This document shows positions 37,353 through 48,742 of a stretch of 64,000 bases of DNA, one piece after another; the first letter of the stretch is position 1, and each line of letters starts with the position of its first letter. The stretch spans positions 33,542,001 through 33,606,000 of the forward strand of contig OZ249437.1 of NCBI GenBank assembly GCA_965235115.1, given 5' to 3'. The notes under the pieces are model-generated. The model ran no database searches. It saw only the letters and a program-made list of their open reading frames with translations, and was not told the DNA's origin. The translations under genes were made by a program, and so were the position numbers. The DNA comes from Laetmonice hystrix (Eukaryota).

Positions 37353-37458
37353 GTAAGCTTACACAAAGATCAGTTGTACTTGTCAGCCCGTGATCGGGAC
37401 AGCATCCATGCCCAGATTGATGATGTCAAGGTGAGCTTACACAAAGATCAGTTGTACT
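37303..37458 (+). repeat. 78-bp tandem duplication spanning an exon end and its splice donor
   Basis: 37303-37380 repeated at 37381-37458 with 2 differences. Donors AAG|GTAAGC (37352) and AAG|GTGAGC (37430). Confidence 0.95.
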
Positions 37459-37602
37459 CGTACCTCTGTGTTCTCGGAATGACATGTCTTAAAGTGTGAT
37501 TGGTGTATAACTGAAGGTATTAAGAGAAAAGTCTTTTGCTACATATTAAAAGCTTCAAGTTGATACCTGAGGATAGCTTTGACATTGCTTGTTGTTCTCC
37601 AG

Positions 37603-37716
37603 GGCTTCATCCAGACCGTGGCGAACAAGGAGGACGACCTGGAACATTTGGAGAGACAGTGTCGCCAACTCACAGATGATGGCTACTTGTCAGATGTCGA
37701 GTCATACCTCGGCCAG
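37603..37716 (+). CDS. shot: Spectraplakin exon, spectrin repeat
   Basis: CAG|GFIQTVANKE...ESYLGQ|GTACGA, 114 nt, 0-0. Confidence 0.87.
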
Positions 37717-37937
37717 GTACGAGAAAACTGAAAGAGTAGTCTATAAATAGAGGCAGTGAAAAATTATAAAACTTACCTTTCTTTAACTGTTGGAAAGATG
37801 TGTAATGTTCGCCTCCCCCAAACTGTCAACAATATCTTAAATAGTACTGAGCACCTCCCACAGAAATCGCCATCCTTTGGTTTGGGTGTAGTAGGTGTGG
37901 TTTGAAGTAGTAATTTGACGTTTGATCCTATCATTAG

Positions 37938-38150
37938 GTGGACAGCCTGAGAAAGCAACATGTAAAGCTGACTGATCGAGCCAACCAGCGTGCAGGAGAG
38001 CTAGAGGAAACTCTGGGTAAACTGGACAACTTTTACCGGGATGTAGAGCAGGCCAATGCTGACATTGACAGCCTGGTGGATGCACTGACAGACCAGAAAC
38101 CTATCAGTGGAGAAATCAAGGCAATTCGACAACAACAGGACGAGTTCAAG
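37938..38150 (+). CDS. shot: Spectraplakin exon, spectrin repeat
   Basis: TAG|VDSLRKQHVK...QQDEFK|GTAAGT, 213 nt, 0-0. Confidence 0.89.
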
Positions 38151-38393
38151 GTAAGTCGAGCTTTGTCAGATTCTTTCTTCATGTCAGCGTTGGGGTGTGT
38201 AAAGTCAGGGCTTGCATTATGATTTTTGGGGAATCCTAATGTTACGAGTTTATTTTCAGCAGATAAAATAATTTTTTTAATGTAGAAAGTACAGCGAATA
38301 TTTCAGACGTGTAGAACCGGCTGATTTGTGTGACCCATAAAGAGGTATAGAAAATGTAACTACAACATGTATGTTGTATTTTCTCCCTGCCAG

Positions 38394-38726
38394 CGGTTCT
38401 GTAAGGACGAGGTAGAACCGGTCCAGCGAGAGATGGATGTCTGTAACAAGGTTGGCCAGGGCCTCATCCAATCAGCCGCAGGTAACGTCAACACTGCCGA
38501 ACTGGAGTCAGAGCTGGAGGTCCTCAACAACAAGTACGTGCATGTCCAGGAGAAGGTGCATGACCGCGACAGGAAACTCGACACAGCACTTCTCCAGTCC
38601 GGCAAGTTCAAAGATGCTCTGGCGTCTCTGATGGAATGGCTGGCTGAGACTGAGGACTTGGTGGCCAACCAGAAACCGCCCTCCTCCGACTACAAGGTCG
38701 TCAAGGCACAAATGCAGGAACAGAAG
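38394..38726 (+). CDS. shot: Spectraplakin exon, spectrin repeat
   Basis: CAG|RFCKDEVEPV...QMQEQK|GTATGT, 333 nt, 0-0. Confidence 0.9.
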
Positions 38727-38897
38727 GTATGTTTTAAAGTTCTTCATATAGCGTTTCATTTACCGGGGGGGTAATGTCACTTTTTTAAGGACTTTAGAGA
38801 TAGGTGAGAATTGTTAGGAAAGATACTTGCTGTCTGCAGTTGGTTTCCTTACGTTTTGATGCCTTTTGTTAAATTTCTGATTATTTTCTGACTGTAG

Positions 38898-39533
38898 TTC
38901 CTGCAGCGCATGCTGGATGATCGAATGCCAAGTGTGAAATCTGCACAAGAGATTGGAGCAGACCTGATCAACCAAGCGGAGGAGGGGGAGAAAAAACAAG
39001 TGGAGGAGCAACTGCAGGACCTGACCAACAGATGGAACAGCATCAGCCGAGCAGCTGACGACCGGCGCAATGCACTTGAGACGTCGCTGCACCTCGCTAA
39101 ACAGTTCCACGACCACATGGAGCCCTTCTTTGACTGGCTCGACAATACGGAGAAGAAACACGGGTCTCTGGAGGCTGTCGGAGTGGATTCCGGAATCATC
39201 AGGAAACAGATGGAAGAAGAGGACCAACTGTTGGCAGACGTGCAGGCCCACAAGGACGACTTGGATCATGTATTGTTGAGTGGTCACGAACTGCTCAAAC
39301 AGAGCAGTGGCGACGACCAGAGCAAGGTGAGAGACACGATGGAAGGGCTGAGAGAGCGATACGAGGAGCTGGCCGATCGCTGTGCTAAACGGCAGCAGGA
39401 TCTGGAAGAGGCTCTGCCACTGGCCGAGAGGGTGCTTGACACACATGAACAACTCCTAGAATGGGTGCAACAGATAGAACCGGAACTCCGGATCAAGGAA
39501 CCCGTTGGACCCGAGGCGGAGGAACAAGTTGCT
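38898..39533 (+). CDS. shot: Spectraplakin exon, spectrin repeats
   Basis: TAG|FLQRMLDDRM...EAEEQVA|GTGAGT, 636 nt, 0-0. Confidence 0.9.
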
Positions 39534-39860
39534 GTGAGTATAAACACATACTGGAAGATACGAAATTTTATCCAAGGTGGGCAATAAGGTACAGGTTAAG
39601 GCTTTTTTCAGCTGCCGTTCTGAGACACATACCCATATATTTGTTTGGATATTTACCCAATCCTCCTTGCATATCTTTTGTGTGCTTTCTTATGAGTAAC
39701 ATTTTGAAGCTATGATTTCTTATAAAAACAAACTATGTAAGAACAAGTTATTTTGATCTAAGGCTGTTTGTGTTGTGTGCAGACTCTGGCTTCCTTATGT
39801 AAGCGGCAGCGACGGGCTTGATTGTACTGTATGCTAACGCATGTGTGGCCCCATGTACAG

Positions 39861-40067
39861 AGGTTGCAGGAAACCCTTGAACAGTGCCGACCACTCCTTG
39901 AGGACCTCAATCGCTATGCTCCACAATTGTGCCAACTCTCACCAGGAGAGGGCGCTGCTAAGATTGATGACCTTACAGCTAAGGATAACAAGAAGGTGTC
40001 TGCGATCAGTGACCAAGTGCAAAAACGTGCAGACAAGATTCAGTTACAGAGGCAAAAGTCCCAGGAG
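39861..40067 (+). CDS. shot: Spectraplakin exon, spectrin repeat
   Basis: CAG|RLQETLEQCR...RQKSQE|GTATGA, 207 nt, 0-0. Confidence 0.88.
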
Positions 40068-40388
40068 GTATGACACTTACTTTTTGTAAACTCTTCACAT
40101 CGCTTTCTTTGACATGCTCCACTGACTAGTTCTAAAATGGGTACCAAAAGCTGCTTTGCTTATAGGAATACCAGTTTTCAAATTCTCACTCATTCATTGT
40201 TCACAGATTTCTTTTACATACATGATTCGACCTCTAATGGTTTCCTAAATAGTGTGAATTTGGGTGCGATATAAATTCGGCCTCTGGTTGTGAACCTGTT
40301 AGGGCAGAGGACTTTGACCTGTCTATTACTCAGATTGGCTGGCTGCATTGCTTAACTTTGTGTTGTACCATTTGTGCTGCTTGCCTAG

Positions 40389-40436
40389 CTACGGAAGCTG
40401 TATCCATGGCTCTGCTATTATGATACCATGGACGAA
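40389..40436 (+). CDS. Candidate 48-nt cassette exon (LRKLYPWLCYYDTMDE)
   Basis: TGCTTGCCTAG| ... |GTGAGT, phase 0-0, no stop. No transcript evidence. Confidence 0.4.
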
Positions 40437-41319
40437 GTGAGTGTGTGGGGCGAGCCATCGTAGCAGTTCATCAGAAATGGTGTTTTAAAGGCTAACAATT
40501 AAATAAAGTTTGATTTGAAGTAATAGTTCAAGGCAAAAGGGACAGTTTTGAAATGTTGGCATGATCTGGTTTATGGTTTTTCCCCTATCCTTGTTTCATC
40601 AGTTTCCCTTTAAGTGGGGCTTTGCTGAGTTAAAGAAGATATCTGTTGTATTCCTCTGTTTCATTGTGAACCTGGTTACCACGTTTTGTTCCCTAAATAT
40701 TTCTAATTTTACATTGGTTTATTTCTCTGGTAGATAATGTATTTGTCATTTTAGTCTTCATGATGAAGACGACAGTGAAATTTTGGTGGTTTTGTTGACG
40801 TAAAAATATGTTCTCTTCCCTGAAACAAATTTACGTCATGATACCAGTTTTGGTTATCCTAATTACTTTTAATAATGGATACGCCAGGTTAAATGTGTTA
40901 TGGAATTCTAAATCTTCCTCTGTTTAATGATAAGTTTAAAGGGATGAAGGACATAAAGGTTTTCTGGAGCTCAGCTGAAAATACTCCCTTTACTTTCCAT
41001 TGCAGGAAAAAGCGAATATCGACTGAACCGAACAAGAAACTTAATTGGTGTTAGATAATTGGTACTCGAAATTTGAGCTATATATAAAATACTTTTGTGT
41101 TTTCATTTGTCGATTTTTCATAGCCTCTCCAACTTTCACCTTGTGTTTCCTTTTGCAGTATACATTGTACTCCCACCCCCACCTTACCCCACCCCAATGC
41201 CCACTGTATATTGGTATCGTGGTTCCTCCTTGACTCATTACTATGAACCCCACTATCACCACCATTCCAATCTAGCACCCTAATCCGTGTCCTAAACTTG
41301 TGACGTTGATACTTTCCAG

Positions 41320-41439
41320 TTAATCCATGATATAGACGATCTCCTCGAGTGGTTCGGAGACACGGATCATACGATCCAGGTGGCAGAACCAATCAGTTCC
41401 AACCCGGACCAACTCCGGATACAGCTCCGGGACCACAAG
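41320..41439 (+). CDS. shot: Spectraplakin exon, spectrin repeat
   Basis: CAG|LIHDIDDLLEWF...QLRDHK|GTATAG, 120 nt, 0-0. Confidence 0.87.
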
Positions 41440-42301
41440 GTATAGACTCGGGTTTCCTGGTATAGACAGAAATCTGAACTCTTTTCTATGTGACTTGTTT
41501 ATGTTTTGACCTGTGGCTATAAATAAATTAAGCTCTACACGAGATGCGCCCAGTGGTCTCCTGGACCTTTTTTACGGTTTAGAAATGACTCTTATAAAGT
41601 ATCGACCCTGTAGAGTTTGATGTGGGAAGCAATAATGATTTTTTGGTACCGTTATGCCAATAGCAGAATGAAAGCAGTCTTGAAGCCCAGGTAGTGGTGA
41701 GATAGACTTCAGTTTGTGACTCTTTCTTCCGTGCTGCAGGCAAACACGCATAGCTTTAGTTGTCTGAGATCTGCCCCCAACATTTCTGGCCTGCTTAGTG
41801 CAGAATAGGTAATCTGGACGGTGCTATCTGGAGAGTTTTCCAATCTTTCTCTGTGCCCATTCATGTTCTTCTCTCTTATGGTCAGAAGAGATTGAATATA
41901 AACTCGAATCATTGATATGTGAGACCATGGTATACATATGCTGAATTTGAAATGATAATGCATTTTAACAGGTAAAAGTGGATCTCCTATCTGGACATTG
42001 TCCTTTTAATCGCATCAAGAACTGGTTTTAAGATGGCCCCCTTTTTTTTATACAACAGACAAGATCATTTTTACGGAGCCTTTCTTTCATAAGATAACAT
42101 TAAAACCCTTTTTGGGTCCCCACCTCTTGATAAGACTGCAGAGGTCCCTGACTCTGGTGTACCCAGCCCAGCTGCAGATGACGTTCCTCTGCCAGGGCTT
42201 GTGTTTTAGATTGCACATTTCCTTTAGGTACACTGCTTTTAGAGACAGATCAAACTTACTTCATGCTCTCCAGAGCATAAACGAACCAATGAACCTTACT
42301 G

Positions 42302-42540
42302 GTAAGTTGAAATTTGGTCGTAAATTTACTAATGCTCCCTCAGGAGAATGAACGAACTAGTGTCCCACCCATTGCCTCCCAAAATGCCTCTGCCTCCCCC
42401 AGACTACTCTGAGCGGGCAGAGGGCATTTCCTTAGATGAAACGAAACAACGAAAACCTCGTTAAATAGTGCTGACGAGGGAAACAGAAGAGCGCCTCTCA
42501 TTAGTTCGTTCAGTAAATTTACAACCAAATTTCAACTTAC
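42302..42540. mobile_element. Small foldback/MITE-like element with 29-bp terminal inverted repeats
   Basis: GTAAGTTGAAATTTGGTCGTAAATTTACT (42302-42330) versus 42512-42540 (1 mismatch). The inverted match extends further via TGAACGAACTA. No clear TSD. Confidence 0.55.
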
Positions 42541-42650
42541 AATTAAGTCTCATTTTCTCTTTAAATTATGAGGCATACACTTAGAGTAAGTTTCCATGCT
42601 TCTGGTTGAGGTGGTTGTTTATGTAAGTCTACAACTCTGCTTCCGGACAG

Positions 42651-42977
42651 ACACTGAATGATGACATTACAAGTCAGAAGAGTAAGGCTCGGGACCTGGT
42701 ATCAGCCAGTAAACGTCTGCGCCGCGAATCGTCGTCCGAGGAAGACCCGGTCATCAAGGACAAACTGGATGACCTGAAGAACACGGCTGACACAGTTACC
42801 AAGATGAGCGCAGACCGTCTGAGCCTGCTGGAGCAAGCGGCCCCGCTGGCAGCCCACTTCCACGAGACACACAGCGACCTCCTCAAGTGGTTCGATGAGA
42901 TGGAGGCAGAGGTCCGGCAGCAGGAGGCTCCGGCGCTCAATGCTGAACAGATCAAGCAGCAACAAGATGCTGTCAAG
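42651..42977 (+). CDS. shot: Spectraplakin exon, spectrin repeat
   Basis: CAG|TLNDDITSQK...QQDAVK|GTAAGG, 327 nt, 0-0. Confidence 0.9.
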
Positions 42978-43171
42978 GTAAGGCTCTGCAAATATTTTGG
43001 TCATGAATGATCTTTATCAAATAACAGGAGTAGGCATATTCAACATTAATGAGAATTGATAATCTGGCGCCCAGGGTATTGAACAAAAACGTATGTTTCT
43101 ATAAACATCTTATTCTCAGAAAGACAAAAAGGCCAAAGAACAGTTTACAAAGGTTATTCATTATCATGTAG

Positions 43172-43378
43172 GTGCTGAGGCAGATAGTAAGTGACAAGAA
43201 GCCCCTGGTGGACCGCCTCACCAAGACAGGTACGGCGCTGCTGAAACTGGTCGGCGAGGAGGACGGAGACCAAGTGGCTGCCATCATGGATGGCGACACA
43301 GGACGTTTTGATACCCTCAAAAACAGTGTACGGGAGAGGTCCAACTTCCTGGATGAGGCACTCCAGCAAACATCAGAG
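43172..43378 (+). CDS. shot: Spectraplakin exon, spectrin repeat
   Basis: TAG|VLRQIVSDKK...LQQTSE|GTGAGT, 207 nt, 0-0. Confidence 0.89.
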
Positions 43379-43590
43379 GTGAGTAGCTGTGCCATTGATC
43401 TCACCGACCGTAAGATGTGCCATGTGTCTGTTCAAGCCACATTGGCAAGTAAAAATCAAGTATTTGTAATACAAACATGTAATAGTGATAAGCTTATTAA
43501 AAATTTAAATAAATTCATACACCATAAGTTTCTCAGATGTGTTATATAATTAACATTGTGTTGACAAATGGTGCACTCTGATGGTGACAG

Positions 43591-43816
43591 TTCTCGGACA
43601 AACTGGAGGGCATGCTGGAGACACTGACCACAACGGCCGAGCAGGTCGAGAAGGCTGAACCCATCTCTGCTCATCCCGACAAACTGAGGGACCAGATCTC
43701 GGACAATGTCACCATCATAGAGGATCTCGACAAGAAATTGGGAGCCCTAGAGGCCGTCGCTGATACGGCTGAGGAACTCTTGAACCAGGCTGGCATGGAT
43801 GACGAGTCAGCTAAAG
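43591..43816 (+). CDS. shot: Spectraplakin exon, spectrin repeat
   Basis: CAG|FSDKLEGMLE...DDESAK|GTGAGG, 226 nt, 0-1. Confidence 0.88.
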
Positions 43817-44062
43817 GTGAGGGCAGGCACATCATAACATGAGGTCGCAGAGTAAATTGGTTTGTTTAGGTTGGAAAACGGTTCCCACATTGGGACAAGA
43901 AGGATAATAGCGTTCGTCAGGGGGCAATTAAGGAAATTCTTCGGGCTTTTGTCGGAATTGCAATTGATCAATCATATTGCATTTGAACGGCAAGTGATAA
44001 AACTTTTTTTTGATAAAGTAATAGGCAGTTCCGTCAATAATCATCTTGTGCTGCCCTTGCAG

Positions 44063-44289
44063 AACTGAGAGACAAAGTGAATGAGCTGCTGACTATGTAC
44101 GACAAGATCAAAGAGAGTGCAGAAGATCGGAATAGGGCCCTTGAGAACACACTGGGTGTGTCAGAGAAGTTCTGGGATGATCTGAATGGACTGGCGGGAA
44201 CACTTAAAGATCTCCAAGATACCTTGGTTTCACTTGAACCTCCAGCACTTGATCCAAACACGATCCGGGAACAGCAAGATGCACTCGAA
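44063..44289 (+). CDS. shot: Spectraplakin exon, spectrin repeat
   Basis: CAG|(E)LRDKVNELL...QQDALE|GTAGGT, 227 nt, 1-0. Confidence 0.88.
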
Positions 44290-44518
44290 GTAGGTTGAGC
44301 CTTTAAAATATCAGAAATTTGTATGACGTTTTTACGTTTTTAGTTGATAGATTTAATTAAGTGGTAAAACATATTCGCAGGTCCCATGTAAATTTATTGT
44401 ATGCTTGGGGTCACATTAGAACAGCAGTTTGCCATCGAGTTTTAGTGAAAATGTGGAGCCGATGTGGAGTATTTTTGAAAGCAAGAGAAAAATGCTGATA
44501 TTTGATGTCTTTGTGCAG

Positions 44519-44743
44519 ACTATCCGCGAGGACATGGAATTAGTTATGCCCGAGGTTGAGCAGATCCATGAGACGGGCGAGCAACTCGTTGGATTGTGTG
44601 GGGAGCCAGACAAACCAGAGGTCGAGAAAAACATCGATGACCTCAACACCAACTGGCATGACGTGAACTCACAGTGGGCCACCCGCCAGAAGCTGCTTGA
44701 TGAAGCCCTGAACCGCGCGACCCTCTTCCAGGAGGAACTCATG
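44519..44743 (+). CDS. shot: Spectraplakin exon, spectrin repeat
   Basis: CAG|TIREDMELVM...FQEELM|GTGAGA, 225 nt, 0-0. Confidence 0.89.
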
Positions 44744-44750
44744 GTGAGAA

Positions 44751-45202
44751 CCCCTCTGTGACGTCCGTACCGTAGTGCCTTGACATCTCTCAGGACCGTT
44801 CATGAGTCCCCTCTGTGACGTCCGTACCATAGTGCCTTGACATCTCTCAGGACCGTTCATGAGTCCCCTCTGTGACGTCCGTACCATAGTGCCTTGACAT
44901 CTCTCAGGACCGTTCATGAGTCCCCTCTGTGACGTCCGTACCATAGTGCCTTGACATCTCACGACCGTTCATGAGTCTCCTCTGTGACGTCCGTACCATA
45001 GTGCCTTGACATCTCACGACCGTTCATGAGTCCCCTCTGTGACGTCCGTACCATAGTGCCTTGACATCTCTCACGACCGTTCATGAGTCCCCTCTGTAAC
45101 GTCCGTACCATAGTGCCTTGACATCTCTCACGACCGTTCATGAGTCCCCTCTGTGACGTCCGTACCGTAGTGCCTTGACATCTCTCACGACCGTTTATGA
45201 GT
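44751..45202 (+). repeat. Intronic minisatellite, 8 copies of a 55-57-bp unit
   Basis: Unit CCCCTCTGTGACGTCCGTACCATAGTGCCTTGACATCTCTCAGGACCGTTCATGAGT starting at 44751, 44808, 44865, 44922, 44977, 45032, 45089, 45146. Confidence 0.96.
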
Positions 45203-45272
45203 GTTGAGTTGGATCTAGGTCCATAGATTTGGCTCGGGAATCGTTGTTGATGTATTGTGTTTCTGGTTGCAG

Positions 45273-45545
45273 GAAATCTTGGTGTGGCTACAGGGCATGG
45301 AGGAGCGTCTGACGGGGCTGGGGTCCATCGGCACCGACGTCGACAGCGTCAAGCGCCAACTGGACGACCTCAAGGAGTTCAAGGAGCTCGTCCACCCCAA
45401 ACATCTCGACATCCAGTCGCTCAACCAGCAGGCCCACGACCTGACCCGCGACAGTCCCACCGAACAGGCGACTGCCATACGCGAGCCCATGCTTGACGTC
45501 AACAAACGCTGGGATGCTCTCATCGACGGAATCTCGGACAGGAAG
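45273..45545 (+). CDS. shot: Spectraplakin exon, spectrin repeat
   Basis: CAG|EILVWLQGME...GISDRK|GTGCGT, 273 nt, 0-0. Confidence 0.89.
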
Positions 45546-45908
45546 GTGCGTGTCGTTTATCATTTTGAATACTCGACTTGATGATATTGTTGGTGTGCCT
45601 GGTAAAGATATGGTAGGATCCAGGAAAATTCCTCTTATTGTCAGTCTTGTTTGTGTAACGTTATAGACTGTGCAAAGATTTTGTCCCCTCTGATGAATCA
45701 CTTTAATAAAATAGAAGTTATCACAGTTAAACCAGTCACAATTAAATGCAATGTGACCATAAATGTTATCACCCCATGATTAGACCTTACTTGAACATTC
45801 TGGTGGCATTGTCAAGAGACAAGCATTTTAGACCTATAGTTGAGCTTGTAACTTTTGACGTGCTGGTGACGTTTGGGTCATGACTATTCCTCTTGCGTTG
45901 TGCCGCAG

Positions 45909-45923
45909 GGAGAGCTGGTGCTC
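45909..45923 (+). CDS. Candidate 15-nt microexon (GELVL)
   Basis: TTGCGTTGTGCCGCAG|GGAGAGCTGGTGCTC|GTAAGT, phase 0-0; upstream TGC motifs, downstream GCATG cluster. Confidence 0.55.
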
Positions 45924-46864
45924 GTAAGTTCTCGAGCCTTCATTCCCTGGCCAACGCTCTGGTTTGCTAGCCCTAGTGAATGGCCATCTGTTTCTCAGTA
46001 GTTTTCTGCTCCTTGTTTTTAAAAACAAATGTTTGAAAAAGAAGAATTACCTTGTATAGTTGACTGCGGACCTGGGGCGTTGGCGGTGTGTTTTTGACAT
46101 ACGGGAGTAAAATGCGTGTTTGACGTCCTTGAGGCACTGGCTCAAGGACACGTGGACGTCTCGTGTCCTGCATCTTTCAGATTAAAACTCCCAAATTGTT
46201 GTTAACAATTGTTGTTAACCTCATCTTGTCCTAACTCATGTTCGACCCTGACCTCTCTGAGACGTCAGGTCTGCATGCTGTGACCCTGTGATGACCTCTG
46301 CGGCAAGTTTGTAGCATGTTGTGCACCAGGTCAACCCCCTCAGGTCATCTACTCCATACCCTAGTCCTTCTGTCGAACTTCACAGATCAGAGATCAAATA
46401 TGTATTTTCTCAATACAACCATCTCTTAGTCGAGCTCTTCCTACCTCAGTTGAAACTTTTATTTAACAATTGACAGTTTGGTTGCAAGTTTACAGCAAAC
46501 ATTTTAGTTCTTTTGTTATAAACATGGTATTGATGCATGTAAAAAAAAGCATGATTTTCGTTTTTTTTTGATTGTGTAATTTATTATTTACAAGCACAAG
46601 GGTAGTGCAGAGTCATAATCATAAACTTCCTCTGTTATATAGGTTTATAACAAAAATACACTAGTGGTTTTACTCCTTTTCATTTCTTTTTGTTTTTAAT
46701 ATTTGGTCAAAGTATCAGATTTTTACCAGGGTTGCAGTACATCAGCAATGAAACATATGAATGTTTCACTTTTATGTTTAAACATCAGTGTTGAATTAAA
46801 GTAGCATGCAGCTCAATATTTTTTGGTAAAAGAGATGACCTTACAAGTGTACTGTTATTTTCAG

Positions 46865-47020
46865 ACCAAACTGCAGAGTGCGCTGCTGAATCTCGGCCAG
46901 TTCCACTCGGCCGTGGACGAGCTGCTGTCATGGTTGGCTCGCACAGAGCGGATGCTCGATGAAGGAACACCTATATATGGGGATCCACGCCTCATCGATA
47001 TCGAGTTAGCCAAACACAGG
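46865..47020 (+). CDS. shot: Spectraplakin exon, spectrin repeat
   Basis: CAG|TKLQSALLNL...ELAKHR|GTGAAT, 156 nt, 0-0. Confidence 0.88.
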
Positions 47021-47180
47021 GTGAATACATTTTCCCCAACGACATTCTTCTTTTTTGTCACGTAAATAATTATCTAACAGAACCAACCTGATAATCAGTC
47101 TCATCAAATGCCTCCCTTAATGTGTTATACAGTTAGACAAATTCAGGAAAATATTCAACAACCATTTTCTTTATTGGCAG

Positions 47181-47378
47181 ATCCTAATGAATGACATTGG
47201 AGCACACCAGGCCAGTGTGGATTCTGTCAATGATGCGGGCAAGCAGGTCATCTCAAGTGAAGGAGGTGCAGAAGCGACGTCGACGAGAGATAAGTTGGAT
47301 GAACTCAATACGACATGGGACAGAACACTGGCCAAGACACGTGACCGACAGATTGAGTTGGAGGAGGCCCTCCGGGAG
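47181..47378 (+). CDS. shot: Spectraplakin exon, spectrin repeat
   Basis: CAG|ILMNDIGAHQ...EEALRE|GTAAAC, 198 nt, 0-0. Confidence 0.89.
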
Positions 47379-47518
47379 GTAAACGTCTCACACACTCAAA
47401 ACCTTATTACAGATTTTAAAAAAAGTTTACAGTGAACCCATTCAGTAATATACCCATGAAAAGACTTTGTTTACAAGTGAATATATATGTTGAAAAATGT
47501 GAATGTGTTTATGTGCAG

Positions 47519-47647
47519 GCAAAATCCTTCCATGATGAGATGCAAGACATGCTGATTCGACTGAGTGAGATCGATGGACAGCTGATCACTGCCAAACCTG
47601 TGGGTGGTCTACCAGAGACAGCCAAGGAACAGCTCGAGAAGTTCCTC
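47519..47647 (+). CDS. shot: Spectraplakin exon, spectrin repeat
   Basis: CAG|AKSFHDEMQD...QLEKFL|GTGAGT, 129 nt, 0-0. Confidence 0.88.
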
Positions 47648-47827
47648 GTGAGTACAGTCCCTGCGAACTCGTCATGTTGTCGTACGGACAGGATAACGGC
47701 AGATTCCTGGACAATCACTCAAAATGAGCAGACACTAGTTATTATATAATATATATTTGTATAAAAATTGTCTTCCACATTTGAAGTATTGGGTTAGATG
47801 TGATCGATGCTGTTTTGCGGTTTCAAG

Positions 47828-47998
47828 GAGGTGTTTGAGGAGATGGCAACACTGGAACCTCGAGTGGGCACACTGGTGCAGAATGGTGAAGCTCTTGTCA
47901 CAAAGTCAACTGATCCGTCAGGCCAGTTGTTGCGACAGAACCTCCACAACCTGCAGACACGCTGGGACAACATCAAGGCAAGGGCCAAGGACAAGAAG
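47828..47998 (+). CDS. shot: Spectraplakin exon, spectrin repeat
   Basis: AAG|EVFEEMATLE...RAKDKK|GTAAGA, 171 nt, 0-0 (AAG acceptor). Confidence 0.85.
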
Positions 47999-48116
47999 GT
48001 AAGAAGTGTTTACCAACTGTTTTGTAATCTGAGAGGATTTTCTTCTTGACTTTTCGTTTTCATTTAGAGTATCATGGTGGAATTTGTTTACTGTATTTGT
48101 TTTTTCTTCCATCCAG

Positions 48117-48479
48117 GTGAAGCTGGAAGAGGCTGTGTCGCAGGCTGACAGCTTCCACGAGGACCTGAACAAATTTATCGGGTGGCTCACGGAGAAAGAG
48201 CGGGTCCTGAACGGCCTGAAACCAGTCAGCCGGGTCATGGAATCGGTCCTTGGCCAGATCGAGGACCACAAGGGGCTCCAGAAGGACATCTCAGGTCACC
48301 GAGAGGTCATGGTAGCGCTCGACAAGACTGGAACACACCTCAAGTACTTCAGTCAGAAACAGGATGTCATCCTCATCAAGAACCTCCTTTCCTCAGTACA
48401 ACATCGGTGGGAGAAGGTGGTGTCGCGGTCCGCTGAACGTACCCGTCAACTGGACCATGGCTATAAGGAGGCCAAACAG
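48117..48479 (+). CDS. shot: Spectraplakin exon, spectrin repeat
   Basis: CAG|VKLEEAVSQA...GYKEAKQ|GTACAC, 363 nt, 0-0. Confidence 0.9.
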
Positions 48480-48742
48480 GTACACCTATATTAATATTCT
48501 GTCATTGTATCAGAAACACACATTGCAGTATTTTGTCCAATATTGTAACAACACCTATTACTGTCAGCACATCGCATTTATGTGTTTATTTTAGACAATA
48601 TTGCAGTGAGCTGTCCTGTGTTTCTTTACATCCAATGTATTGTAAATTTACTTCCTACAAGTGAATTCTGAAAGTGCTACTTGGGATTTTATTCTTTAAA
48701 AGATTATGGAATAAATTGTTCTTTTATCTTTTTCGACTACAG

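Noticed and set aside
41006-41047. Good acceptor followed by a 42-nt segment
   Set aside because: In the required phase 0 it has a stop (EKANID*) and the donor is weak. At most a poison exon.
44751-45202. CRISPR-like appearance of the regular repeat
   Set aside because: Units are contiguous with no unique spacers, in a eukaryotic intron with no cas genes. It is a minisatellite.
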